A DNA stretch of 64,000 nt from a virus (lineage: Duplodnaviria; Caudoviricetes). Made by a program: the position numbers and the translations under genes. Below the pieces are notes generated by a model. The model was not told the DNA's origin. It searched no databases and saw nothing but the letters and a program-made list of their open reading frames with translations. The first letter of the stretch is position 1. The number at the start of each line of letters is the position of its first letter. This document shows, piece after piece, positions 1 through 9,458 of this stretch. The stretch covers positions 1 to 64,000 of IMG/VR virus record IMGVR_UViG_3300020576_004326. The stretch is one strand, 5' to 3'.

Positions 1-32
1 GCACGTCGAGGCTAGTCAAGGAAGAGAACCAG

Positions 33-218
33 ATGGCGAAAGTGAAGAAGGCCACCGTCGCAGAAGACGCTCCCAAGACCAAGAAGTCGGCGGCCAAGGT
101 CGCCAAGAAGGCCACCAAGAAGTCTGCGGTGAAGGCCGAATCCAAGAAGGCGCCGAAGAAGGTCGCCAAGAAGTCGGCCAAGAAGGCCACCAAGAAGTCG
201 AAGGCGAAGGCCAAGTAA
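33..218 (+). CDS. Small Lys/Ala-rich histone H1/HC2-like basic protein
   Basis: 61 aa made almost entirely of KKA/AKK repeats; purine-rich RBS (aaggaagag) upstream. Confidence 0.6.
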   Translation: MAKVKKATVAEDAPKTKKSAAKVAKKATKKSAVKAESKKAPKKVAKKSAKKATKKSKAKAK

Positions 219-447
219 CCTCGGCCGTCGCCAGTCAGCACCAGTGTATGCGTAAGGCCGGAAGGCGCTCCAAACCACGCAGTTTTGGGGCCTCTTCCGG
301 CCGTTCTCCGTCCGTTCTCCTTCGGCGGTAGCTACGCTTTACAAGAGTCTCGCGTTCTGATAGACTAGAGTCGGGGTGAATCGCGCTCCCTCTCTCAAAG
401 CGCGGAACTATGCGCACTTCGAGTGCGCTCTCTGGCAAGAGGTTATC

Positions 448-1167
448 ATGGCTCGCACTGCAGAAGCGTCTGGCACCGTCGTCGTCAGCCGCAGACAACT
501 AGTTACCTTCACGGGTCGCACGCTCGCCTCCGTAGAGCTTACCAAAGACGGACTGGTGGTGACCAAGAAGCGCGAACGCGGAGGTCGCTACGACAGCCAC
601 ACGTTCCCGCTGATCCACGTCGTGGCCTTCGTCGAAGGCGACGGCGGTCGTCGAGAGCCCGCCTACGCTATGGTGATGTCCCACACCGTTCTCAAGCGCG
701 TGTCGGGAGACGTCACCTACGATCAAGGCTGGATCGTTGTGACCGACGACGAAGGGAACGAGCACCGCTTCCGCGCGACGGCGGACACCGAGGTAGTCGT
801 CATCGAAGGCGCGGCTAAGCCTGAGCGCGCGACGCGCACCAAGAAAAAGAAGCCGACTTCGGCGCGACGCCGCAAGGCCGATCCCGACGAAGACGACGAC
901 ACCGAAGACGGTGACGTCGAAGACGGTGACGAAGACGAAGATGCCGACGGCGACGGCGACGACGTTGAAGAGGGCGACGAAGACGACGGCGAAGATCCCG
1001 GCGAAGACGAGGAGGCAGACGTCGACCCCGACGAAGACGACGAGGTCGAAGAGGCTCCTCGCAGGTCCGCCAAGAAGGGCAGCGGCAAGAAGCCGGCGGC
1101 CAAGCCGGCCCGGAAGGTGCCCGCGAAGGCGGCTGGCAAGCCGGGTCGTCGCATCTCCTCATTCTAA
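448..1167 (+). CDS. Hypothetical protein: beta-rich N-terminus, long Asp/Glu tract, Lys-rich tail
   Basis: ATG at 448 follows aagagg RBS; phage-typical codon usage; ORF track start at 376 is probably too long. Confidence 0.6.
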   Translation: MARTAEASGTVVVSRRQLVTFTGRTLASVELTKDGLVVTKKRERGGRYDSHTFPLIHVVAFVEGDGGRREPAYAMVMSHTVLKRVSGDVTYDQGWIVVTDDEGNEHRFRATADTEVVVIEGAAKPERATRTKKKKPTSARRRKADPDEDDDTEDGDVEDGDEDEDADGDGDDVEEGDEDDGEDPGEDEEADVDPDEDDEVEEAPRRSAKKGSGKKPAAKPARKVPAKAAGKPGRRISSF

Positions 1168-1315
1168 TCGCGGTAGCGAGCCGCGAGGGTCCCTACGCCA
1201 GAAGGGGCTCGGGAGGGCGGTCGGGCTGCTGTGCATGCGTACCCGACCGCCCCTTCTCGCTACATGAATCAGGGTCGGAGCTAGTCTCCGACCCTCTACT
1301 CGCATCGAGGTAGCC

Positions 1316-3187
1316 TTGGCAAAGAAAGAACAGAAGTACGACTCTTCCTCGATCGAGGTATTCGAGGGACTAGAGGGCGTTCGCCGTCACCCCGGGATGT
1401 ACCTGGGCGCGCTCGGGACGCAGGGACACCACCAGTGCTTCAAGGAGCTAGCCGACAACGCGAAGGACGAAGTCACCGCCGCTCGTCGAGGAGAGCGTCG
1501 CATCCACGTCTACGTCAACGAGAAGGCTCGTACCGTGATCGTCGCCGACACGGGCCGCGGCATACCCGTAGACGTTCACAAGAAGACGAAGCTGTCCGGC
1601 ATCGAGACGGTAATGACCCGACTGCACGCAGGTGCCAAGTCGGGAAAGTCGTCTGCAGACTCGGCCTACGGCAAGAACAAGGTAGGCGTCCACGGCGTGG
1701 GCGCGTCGGTCGTCAATGCGCTGTCGAACCTCTTCGAGGTCTGGACGCGGCGCGACGGTTCCTGGCACTACATCGCCTTCGAGGGCGGCGTCACCAAGAA
1801 GAAGCTGGTCCGGGTAAAGCGCCTTCCGCACGACGTGCGCCCGCCCGGCAAGTGGCCGAACAAGGGCACGATCGTGCGCTACTCGATTGACGAGAAGCTG
1901 CTGTCGGGTCACCTCGACCCCACCGGCGTAGCAGCCTGGTGCGACCTGACGCGCTACTTCTCGCCCGTCACGATCAGCCTGTCGGTAGACGGCGGGCAGA
2001 AGAAGGTGGCCAAGACCTTCGACCCGAAGACGCCGGTCGACCTGCTGCGCAGGCGCATGAAGCGCCTAGAGCTGACGGCAGACTACGATCCGATCCTCGT
2101 CAAGGCCGACGGCGTTCGCCTCGTCATGACGTGGACGGGAGGCGGAGATAGCACCGTACTCGGCTCGGTGTCGGCGTCGCCTACCAGCGGCGGCACACAC
2201 ATGCGCGGCCTAGAGTTCGCGGTGCGCGAGGCGTTCGCGAAGGCTACCAAGCGCGCGGGCAAGAAGGTTCGCATCGACCCTACGATCGGCATGTTCGCCG
2301 TACTCGACGTGTCGATAGACCAGCCCTCGTTCGAGGGGCAGGACAAAGACCGCCTCGCGTCGAAGGCCGCGTACGGTCTAGTGAGAGACGCGGTGCTGCC
2401 TGCGCTGCGCAAGTGGGTACGCAAGAACAAGGAGGCAGTCAAGAAGATCGTCGAGCACGCACGCGAGATAAATCGCATCGACGTGGAAGCTAGCAACAAG
2501 AAGAAGGCGGCGCGAGAGACGCGCCAGAAGGGTGGCCGCCTGTCGATGCCGCGAGGCTTCAAGGCGGCGTCGTCGTTTCCCGCGGACCGCAGAGAGACGT
2601 ACCTCGTCGAGGGAAACTCTGCGGGGGGCACCGCGAAGATGGCGTGCATGCCCTGGCAAGAGATACTCCCGCTCCGCGGGAAGATCGCCAACGTCATTCG
2701 AGACGGGAGCAAGGCTCTCACGAACGACGTGGTGCAGGGCATCATCACGGTGGCCGGCTACGATCTGCGCAATCCGCAGCGTCGCCTGCGCACGGGAAAG
2801 CTGGTGCTACTCACAGACGCGGACCACGACGGCGACCACATCACCGTCCTGCTCCTCACCGTGATATACAAGGTGATGCCCGAGCTGATAGCGCAGGGCA
2901 GAGTGTTCGTCGTAGACGCGCCCCTGTTCGAGGCACAGTCTGGCGACGAGGTAGTTCTCGGCAACTCGCTCGCGGAGATGCAGAAGCTACACGGCAAGGT
3001 GACTAAGGTCAATCGCATGAAGGGCTGGGGGTCGTGCGACGCTCCGCTCCTCAAGCGCGTGGCCTTCAGTCCAGATACGCGAAGGCTGCTGCGCGTGTCT
3101 GCTCCCACCCCCGCAGAAGGCAAAGAGTTCGAGTTGCTCATGGGGGACAGCAGCGAGGGCAGGAAGAAGCTGCTCAAACTTCAATGA
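1316..3187 (+). CDS. gyrB: Type IIA DNA topoisomerase, ATPase/TOPRIM (GyrB/ParE-like) subunit
   Basis: EGLEGVRRHPGMYLG, ELADNAKDE, DTGRGIP, GVHGVGASVVNALS, EGNSAGG, PLRGK, TDADHDG motifs; TTG start after gagg. Confidence 0.93.
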   Translation: MAKKEQKYDSSSIEVFEGLEGVRRHPGMYLGALGTQGHHQCFKELADNAKDEVTAARRGERRIHVYVNEKARTVIVADTGRGIPVDVHKKTKLSGIETVMTRLHAGAKSGKSSADSAYGKNKVGVHGVGASVVNALSNLFEVWTRRDGSWHYIAFEGGVTKKKLVRVKRLPHDVRPPGKWPNKGTIVRYSIDEKLLSGHLDPTGVAAWCDLTRYFSPVTISLSVDGGQKKVAKTFDPKTPVDLLRRRMKRLELTADYDPILVKADGVRLVMTWTGGGDSTVLGSVSASPTSGGTHMRGLEFAVREAFAKATKRAGKKVRIDPTIGMFAVLDVSIDQPSFEGQDKDRLASKAAYGLVRDAVLPALRKWVRKNKEAVKKIVEHAREINRIDVEASNKKKAARETRQKGGRLSMPRGFKAASSFPADRRETYLVEGNSAGGTAKMACMPWQEILPLRGKIANVIRDGSKALTNDVVQGIITVAGYDLRNPQRRLRTGKLVLLTDADHDGDHITVLLLTVIYKVMPELIAQGRVFVVDAPLFEAQSGDEVVLGNSLAEMQKLHGKVTKVNRMKGWGSCDAPLLKRVAFSPDTRRLLRVSAPTPAEGKEFELLMGDSSEGRKKLLKLQ

Positions 3188-3235
3188 CGGGTTCTCGGTG
3201 AGCCCAGTACTTCTAATCTGGCGAAGAGGTCTAGC

Positions 3236-4093
3236 ATGAATACCGAAAGCAGCGACCAACACAACGCACTCGCTCTCAAGGAGGCTCCCTCGGTGGAGCA
3301 GATAGTTCGATACGTCAAGGAGTCGGAGGGGCTCAGCGTAAAGGATGACGGCGAGGCCATCTTCGATGCGCTAGCCGTGTGCCTCGCGGCGGAGAAGCTC
3401 GATCCCCTCCTCATGCGAGTGCGCGCTCGCGCCAACGTGATGCGTCTGCTGTCTCAGCTCTCGCGCTCTACCTACCTCGTCACTTGGATCGCCGAGACGA
3501 TGGGCATCGAGTTCGACGGGTCGCCCGTTCAGGCCAACGAGCACTTCGGCGAGTGGGACGACACGCGGCTCACCCAGCTGTGCGCGCTCCTCACCGTCGA
3601 GGCCTCGAAGCTGAAGACGAACCACGAAGAGAGCACCGCGCTCCTCCGCTCGGCGGTGCTGAAGTCGGAGGCAGACGCGGCCACGATCAAGAAGCTCACC
3701 GACGACATCAACAAAGAGCGCGTCGAGGCCAAGGCTCGCGAGCAGCTGCACATCGACAACTGCCTCCGCTACACGACGATGCTCTCGTCCTACAAAGACA
3801 CGAATCGATTCGTCGTCTCGCGTATCGACCCCGTCACGAAGAACACGGTGTCGTACCTCAAGCTCGAAGAGGACGGAACGCTGTCGGGCGTCAAGGCGTT
3901 CGGCGCCGCCACGCGCTTCTCCGAGTTCTCGGAAGCCAACGACCTGCGCATCGAGGCCATACGGCTTCGCCGCACGAAGGTGAGCAAGACGCAGCGCAGC
4001 GGCATCGCCGACCAGTACGTCGTGATGCAGCTGGCTCTCCGCGCCGTCGACTTGCAGACGATCATCGACGAGTCTCCCGAGGGTGAAGAGTGA
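3236..4093 (+). CDS. Hypothetical protein with central coiled coil
   Basis: 285 aa ORF, typical codon usage, lies between the topoisomerase genes. Confidence 0.7.
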   Translation: MNTESSDQHNALALKEAPSVEQIVRYVKESEGLSVKDDGEAIFDALAVCLAAEKLDPLLMRVRARANVMRLLSQLSRSTYLVTWIAETMGIEFDGSPVQANEHFGEWDDTRLTQLCALLTVEASKLKTNHEESTALLRSAVLKSEADAATIKKLTDDINKERVEAKAREQLHIDNCLRYTTMLSSYKDTNRFVVSRIDPVTKNTVSYLKLEEDGTLSGVKAFGAATRFSEFSEANDLRIEAIRLRRTKVSKTQRSGIADQYVVMQLALRAVDLQTIIDESPEGEE

Positions 4094-4170
4094 TGGTCAA
4101 GGAGGTCGACTTCTTAAAGACGGCGAAGAAGAAGTATCGCCGCTATCGACGGGACAACCTCTTCACGTAG
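4093..4170 (+). pseudogene. Stranded original 5' end of the topoisomerase A subunit gene
   Basis: MVKEVDFLKTAKKKYRRY matches LKTAKKKYSRY at the start of the 5270 ORF; ATG overlaps the upstream TGA. Confidence 0.8.
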
Positions 4171-5189
4171 TACGCGTAAGGTTTACGGAGGCTGCTCTTC
4201 AGCAGCAGCTTTCCGTCGTTGCCAAACACGGCGCAGCGAAAGTCGTAGCCTGTGCGACGCGCGGCTCTGGCCTTCGCGACGACTCTGTCGAATACTGCCT
4301 CGTCGCGTAGACCGAATGTTCGGGTGCTCTTTACCTCGTACACTACGTTCCCCACTCGCATGTCAGGATAGTATCTGTGACGACTGCCTCCGTAATCGTA
4401 CCAGATCGGCTTGCAGGACCCAAGTCCCGTCCGGATCGCCGAAGAACCGTACTTGCCGGAAAGGTGATAGATCATGAACAGCTCGTAGCCTTGGTAGCTG
4501 AACTTTCGTCCGCAGACTTCTGCGTACTTGGTTCGTTTCATACTCCGCGACGTGCGGTGATATATACTAGGGTCTTGCATGGGGTGATCGAAGCCGTAGC
4601 GTTTGCGCCAGGTTACCCGCGCCGCCTCGCTTCTAGACCGGTGAGACTCTGCCGTGTTTGCGCAATCGACGCAGCAGTACGTCTTGTAGCCCTTAGCCAG
4701 TCCCGAAAACCTAGTGGGGTCTCCGCAGTTCTTACACGCAGGGACATGAGGAGATACGTAGGTGTGATACACTATCTGAGCCGGTGGAACGCCGAACTTC
4801 TCTGCGCGAGAAGTTATCTTGCCCCAATGAACGCTTCTCCGCGCTCTAGCGTACAGACCCTCCAGCGGCATACGCCGAACGAACAGCTTATTCAAGCCGG
4901 CTATCACTCTTCGCTGAGGGCGTCCCGTGTCTGGCTCTCGGTAGAGCACCGAGCATCCCCGACAGCAGAAGGGTGCGTACCCCTTGTAGAAGGAACGCAG
5001 CTTCGTAGGCTTTCCGCATTGCTTACACGAGCCGCCTCCTCCGTGCAGGTGAAGGTACAGCTTCTCTGCAAATCTTCTCTTCGGCAACTTTCGTCCCAGT
5101 TTCGGTTCGCACTCGCGAACGAAGCTGCGCAGTTTGCATCCCGTTGGGTGCACTTTCATTATGGCAGACAGCAGCTCCGCTTTGTCCAT
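4143..5189 (-). mobile_element. Free-standing homing endonuclease, two Zn-finger repeats plus C-terminal PD-(D/E)xK domain
   Basis: Two CxxC...CCxxC repeats; YYPD...YEVKS motif; lower GC than flanks; opposite strand. Confidence 0.75.
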
Positions 5190-5207
5190 CTTACTTCTCC
5201 AAAAATG

Positions 5208-5233
5208 ACGATTTACTAGGGCTAGTAAATCGT
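5208..5233. promoter_or_regulatory. Perfect palindrome placing TAGTAAAT on both strands; candidate divergent promoter
   Basis: acgatttactag-gg-ctagtaaatcgt lies between two divergent starts (5189 on -, 5270 on +). Confidence 0.55.
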
Positions 5234-5269
5234 TATAAATTGGCGAAGCGCATTACGAGGTAAACGTCG

Positions 5270-6742
5270 GTGGAAAAATTTGCATCTGTACACCTGCTGA
5301 AAACGGCGAAGAAGAAATATTCTAGATATGCAAAACATGTCCTTGGCTTCAGACATTTCCCAGAGGGGCGGGACGGGCTCAAGCCCGTCCAGCGCCGTGC
5401 GCTGTGGGCGCTTCACCAGCTGGGAGCCACAGACCGCGCGAAGAAGGTGGCGACGTCGCGCGCGGTCGGCGAGTGCACGGGACGTTTCCACCCGCACGAA
5501 GACGAGACGGTCGTCGCGGCTATGACGAAGATTTCGCAGTCGGAGACGAAATCACCGACGATCATCGGCGTCGGCAACTGGGGTACTTGGGAAGACCCGC
5601 CTGCCGCCAAGCGCTACACGAAGTGCTACCTGTCGCCCTACGCGCTAGAGTTCTTCGACGCCGACGAGCTGTCGCAGGTCCCGCTCGACCCCACCTACGA
5701 CGGTACCGACAAGGAGCCGCGCTTCCTGCCGGCTCCCGTCCCTCACCTGCTGCTGTACGGCTGCAACGGTATCACGCCTGGCGCTCGCGCCAACGTGCCG
5801 CCCCTCCCGGCCGAGTGGGTGCTTCAGGCCATGTCGGACGTGCTCGCGGGCCGCAAGCCGAAGCAGCCCGACGCGTTCGCCTACAGGTACGGTGGCGTCC
5901 TCAAGTCGCTAGAGAAGACGTTCCTCACCGAGGGCAAGGGCTCGGCGACGTTCGCTCCGATCCTCAAGATCGACGAGCAGCGTCGGGCGGTCAAGATGCT
6001 AAGCCTCGCGCCCGGCGTCAATCCGTACGCGCTAGACGAGAAGCTGACGAAGGTGCCAGAGTACGGCGGCATGTCGTCGGAGCCCTCGCCCGACAGCGAG
6101 GTGTGCATATACTACCTCGCGAAGCGCGGCGCAGACTTGAAGGCGTTCCGAGCAGAGGTGGTGAAGCGCACTCGCAGCCGCGACTCGTTCTCGTTCTTGT
6201 ACATCAATCAGGTAACGAGTGAGACAGGAGACGTCGGATACGAACCGCGCACCGGTAGCCCACTAGACTTCCTTCGTCAGTGGGTAGAGTGGCGCCGCAC
6301 GATCGTGTCGGGGGCCGCCAAGAAGCGCATCGAGACGCTGCAGACTGGCATCGCTCGCAACGAGCTTATGATTCGGGTGATCCAGCACCGCTCAGAGATA
6401 CTGAAGATTCTGGAGCGGGGCAAGTCGCGCGACGACATCAAGGCGCGAACGGCCAAGCTGTTGCGCTGCACGGCGGAGGAAGCAGACTACGTGCTGGGAA
6501 CCTCCAGCCTGTACCGCCTCGCTTCCCTCGAAGTTTCGGCGCTGAAGCAGCGAATATCGGATGCACAGAAGCTGGTCCGCGAGAACCAGTCGATAGTAAA
6601 GAGTCCCGACGCTCGACTGCTTCTCGACGCCGAGCGCACGACCAAGTCGCTGGCCGAGACGATGCAGGTCGTAGAAGACATCAGGAGAGGCGAACTCAAG
6701 ACGAAAAAGAAGAAGCGCCATGCCCGAACTGCCCGAAGCTGA
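5270..6742 (+). CDS. gyrA: Type IIA DNA topoisomerase, DNA breakage-reunion (GyrA/ParC-like) subunit, short form without CTD
   Basis: RDGLKPVQRR, HPHED, GNWG...AAKRYT (catalytic Tyr); 490 aa. Confidence 0.92.
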   Translation: MEKFASVHLLKTAKKKYSRYAKHVLGFRHFPEGRDGLKPVQRRALWALHQLGATDRAKKVATSRAVGECTGRFHPHEDETVVAAMTKISQSETKSPTIIGVGNWGTWEDPPAAKRYTKCYLSPYALEFFDADELSQVPLDPTYDGTDKEPRFLPAPVPHLLLYGCNGITPGARANVPPLPAEWVLQAMSDVLAGRKPKQPDAFAYRYGGVLKSLEKTFLTEGKGSATFAPILKIDEQRRAVKMLSLAPGVNPYALDEKLTKVPEYGGMSSEPSPDSEVCIYYLAKRGADLKAFRAEVVKRTRSRDSFSFLYINQVTSETGDVGYEPRTGSPLDFLRQWVEWRRTIVSGAAKKRIETLQTGIARNELMIRVIQHRSEILKILERGKSRDDIKARTAKLLRCTAEEADYVLGTSSLYRLASLEVSALKQRISDAQKLVRENQSIVKSPDARLLLDAERTTKSLAETMQVVEDIRRGELKTKKKKRHARTARS

Positions 6743-7631
6743 AGTGATGTGCCGGCAGCTGCGCAAGCTGCTGGTCGACAAGAAGATCGTCGGAGGGAAG
6801 GTGTTCCACAGATCGTTCGCTACGGTTAGAGGCGGGGGCTGGCTCCCGCCTCTACCTGCGGGAACGGTAGAGCAGGTCTGGCGCCACGGCAAGTGGATCA
6901 TGTTCGAGGTACGAGCTGCCGACAGGGTCGAGGTGGTGCGAGCCAACATGGGCATGAGCGGCAGGTTCTTCGCCTGCCCTCTGGGCAAGCTACCGCCCGT
7001 CGTTAAGAAGCGGCACGTTCGATGGACCGCTCGATACACCGACGGCGAGACGACGATGCGCCTTCTCTACATCGACCCGCGCTGCATGGGCAGGCTGTAC
7101 CGCCTCACGCGCGAGCAGAAGGAGGAGGCGCTCAGCCGAATGCTCGGGTCGGCAGGCGCTCCCAGCATGAAGCTGGGACCCGACGCGCTGTCGCTGCTCT
7201 TCACGAGAGCCCACACGTGGAGAGCACGCGGCGTACTCGCGGAGAGGCTGCGCAAGCCGCGCGGCATCAAGCGCCTGCTGATGGAGCAGAGTCGCGTGGC
7301 AGGCCTCGGCAACATCTACGCGGCCGAGGCGTGCTGGCACATGCAGGTGCACCCCGACTTTCCGGGAGACGCGCTGTCGACGGTGCACCTGAACCGCTAC
7401 CTCAAGCGCGTGCCCGCCATGCTCGCCGCCTCGGTCAAGGCAGGCGGCACCTCGTTCGGTGACGCCAATTCGTATAGAGACGCCCGCGGTGTAGAGGGCG
7501 GGAACAGTTCTAACCTACACGTGTACGGCAGGGAGGGACAGCCCTGCCATCGCTGCAGGACCCCTATTCTAAAAACTAGACGCGGCGGTAGGAGCACCTA
7601 CCACTGCCCGAAGTGCCAGAGGATCACATGA
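6720..7631 (+). CDS. mutM: Formamidopyrimidine-DNA glycosylase (Fpg/Nei family)
   Basis: N-terminal PELPE, RHGK, H2TH motif (AGLGNIYAAE), C-terminal CxxC...CPKCQ zinc finger. Confidence 0.92.
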   Translation: MPELPEAEVMCRQLRKLLVDKKIVGGKVFHRSFATVRGGGWLPPLPAGTVEQVWRHGKWIMFEVRAADRVEVVRANMGMSGRFFACPLGKLPPVVKKRHVRWTARYTDGETTMRLLYIDPRCMGRLYRLTREQKEEALSRMLGSAGAPSMKLGPDALSLLFTRAHTWRARGVLAERLRKPRGIKRLLMEQSRVAGLGNIYAAEACWHMQVHPDFPGDALSTVHLNRYLKRVPAMLAASVKAGGTSFGDANSYRDARGVEGGNSSNLHVYGREGQPCHRCRTPILKTRRGGRSTYHCPKCQRIT

Positions 7632-9310
7632 ACAAGAGAGAACAGCACGCAGTAAAGCTGCTCGCCGCCGCGTCTACGCTCGACCCCGTCGATCTGTCGA
7701 GAGACGCGCACCCGCAGCTCAACCTCACGCAGGCATACGACGCGGGACTTAGCGTCTGGCGCGAGATGTCTTCGTACGGTACCTCCCACGAGCGCGCGGG
7801 CCTGCGCGTCTCGCTGCTCGGCATCAGAGCCATCAACGAGGCGATCAACGAAGGTCGACGCGTACACGCCTCAGACAACGAGAAGCTGCGCGAGGCAGCC
7901 ACCACGATGCGCTCCGTCGCGATGCGCGTGTGGCCTCAGGTGGTACTCGGTAAAGACGACCGCTCCGAGACGAAGCAGGTGAGTCCTCTCGGCCTGCGCA
8001 TGCGCAGCCTGAAGGAGCTGGCCGGCACGCAAGCGTTCGTCGTCTTGCCCTCCGTGCGCGAACCTGCTCCCATCGCTCCTCCCGTCCTCCGCGCCCAGCA
8101 GACGGCTTCAGAAGACGTGGTGCACTCCGACATGCAGAGCATCGAAGCCCTGCAGCGCTTCCGCAGCAAGCTGCCTCGTTCGGTGAAGCCGGGAGACCCG
8201 TTCGTGGCCGTTCGTATGCCCGTCCTCGTCTACACGAAGCGGAGCCTAGACGCGCGGGCACTAAAGCGTGCGGGCATCAAGTTCTTCGAACTGCGCAACT
8301 TCGGTCCGCCGAAGGACACCGCCACCGTCGACAAGAAGCTCTCGCGCGAGAACGGTTCTGGGTACGTGTTCGAGAACCAGCTCGTGATCGGCATGCGGCC
8401 CGACGAGGTACTCGACTCGAAGAAGCGGCCCAAGAGCGCCACGCGCGTCGTAGTGATCCCCGACGCGGGAGAAGACCCCGTGCCTCTCAAGAACCTCGAC
8501 TCGAAGCTGCGGCGAGTGGGCTTCAAGCGCGACGTCGGGTCTGCGGGCGACCTGTCCACCACCGCACGCGGAGCAACCGTCGTTCGCTACAAGGGCGGAG
8601 TCGACGTGCAGTACGTGATCAAGTTCAAGAACGGTACGGCCGTGACGGGTAAGAAGCAGAAGGTGCCCGTCGTCATGTCGGAGGAAGTGACGCAGGTACC
8701 AGGCGCCGCTCGCCGCGCCGTCGACTCGATCACGAAGCAGCTCGGTCCCCACACCAACCCGCTCTCGTCCGACTCTCCCGGCGAGGGCCTGATACGCTCC
8801 CCCGGCAGCCACCTCTCGTTCATGTGGCTCCTGCCCGACCACGAGCTGTCGGTGATCGGCAAGCTCGTTATCTCGGGCGCCGCGTTCCCCTGGCGCCAGC
8901 TAGAGAGCGCGGAGCAGCGCACCGAGCGCCTCGCAGCACTCACGAAGGAGCTCAAGGTGCTGGAGGAGCAGCAGACCATCCTGCTCAAGCACAAGAAGGT
9001 GTTAGAGCCGTCGAAGCTGCAGCGCATCTCCGAGCTGCGCGAGCTGCTCGACCGCAGCAAGGGTGACAAGGCTCCGCTCACGCTCGAGGAGCGCAAGGAG
9101 AAGCTGACGCGGCTCAAGGCCGAGCTAGACGCGGAGGTGAAGCAGAAGAATGCCGACCTGTTCGCCAAGATCGCCGAGCTGAAAGAAGACCTCGACGACG
9201 AAGAAGACCCGCAGGAGAGGAAGGCCCTGCAGAAGTCGATCAACGAGCTGAACAAGCGCATCGAAAGGTCGCGCGAGGTGCTGGCGGTCAAGTATCGCAG
9301 CAGGATGTAA
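7628..9310 (+). CDS. Hypothetical protein with long C-terminal coiled coil
   Basis: About 560 aa, ATG overlaps the fpg stop; heptad-rich C-terminus. Confidence 0.7.
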   Translation: MNKREQHAVKLLAAASTLDPVDLSRDAHPQLNLTQAYDAGLSVWREMSSYGTSHERAGLRVSLLGIRAINEAINEGRRVHASDNEKLREAATTMRSVAMRVWPQVVLGKDDRSETKQVSPLGLRMRSLKELAGTQAFVVLPSVREPAPIAPPVLRAQQTASEDVVHSDMQSIEALQRFRSKLPRSVKPGDPFVAVRMPVLVYTKRSLDARALKRAGIKFFELRNFGPPKDTATVDKKLSRENGSGYVFENQLVIGMRPDEVLDSKKRPKSATRVVVIPDAGEDPVPLKNLDSKLRRVGFKRDVGSAGDLSTTARGATVVRYKGGVDVQYVIKFKNGTAVTGKKQKVPVVMSEEVTQVPGAARRAVDSITKQLGPHTNPLSSDSPGEGLIRSPGSHLSFMWLLPDHELSVIGKLVISGAAFPWRQLESAEQRTERLAALTKELKVLEEQQTILLKHKKVLEPSKLQRISELRELLDRSKGDKAPLTLEERKEKLTRLKAELDAEVKQKNADLFAKIAELKEDLDDEEDPQERKALQKSINELNKRIERSREVLAVKYRSRM

Positions 9311-9311
9311 G

Positions 9312-9458
9312 GTGGCAGAGCTAACCGAGTGCTTCGTGTGCGAGACGGTAACTCCCGTCCTAGACGAGCACCACGTCATCATGCAGTCGCGCGGCGGGTC
9401 TGCCGGACCCACCGTGTACCTGTGCCCGACGATTAGGAGGAAAAGTTGCCTGCTCTAA
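9312..9458 (+). pseudogene. Stranded original 5' end of the 10087 gene
   Basis: CFVCETVTPVLDEHHVIMQSRGGSAGPTVYLC is near-identical in aa to the N-terminus of 10087..10572, in GC-rich codons. Confidence 0.88.

Noticed and set aside
880-1060. GAC/GAA-rich repetitive tracts here and near 45100-45150 as a possible CRISPR array or tandem repeat element
   Set aside because: They are in-frame Asp/Glu low-complexity coding sequence with no constant repeat and unique spacer structure; no CRISPR array was seen in the window.
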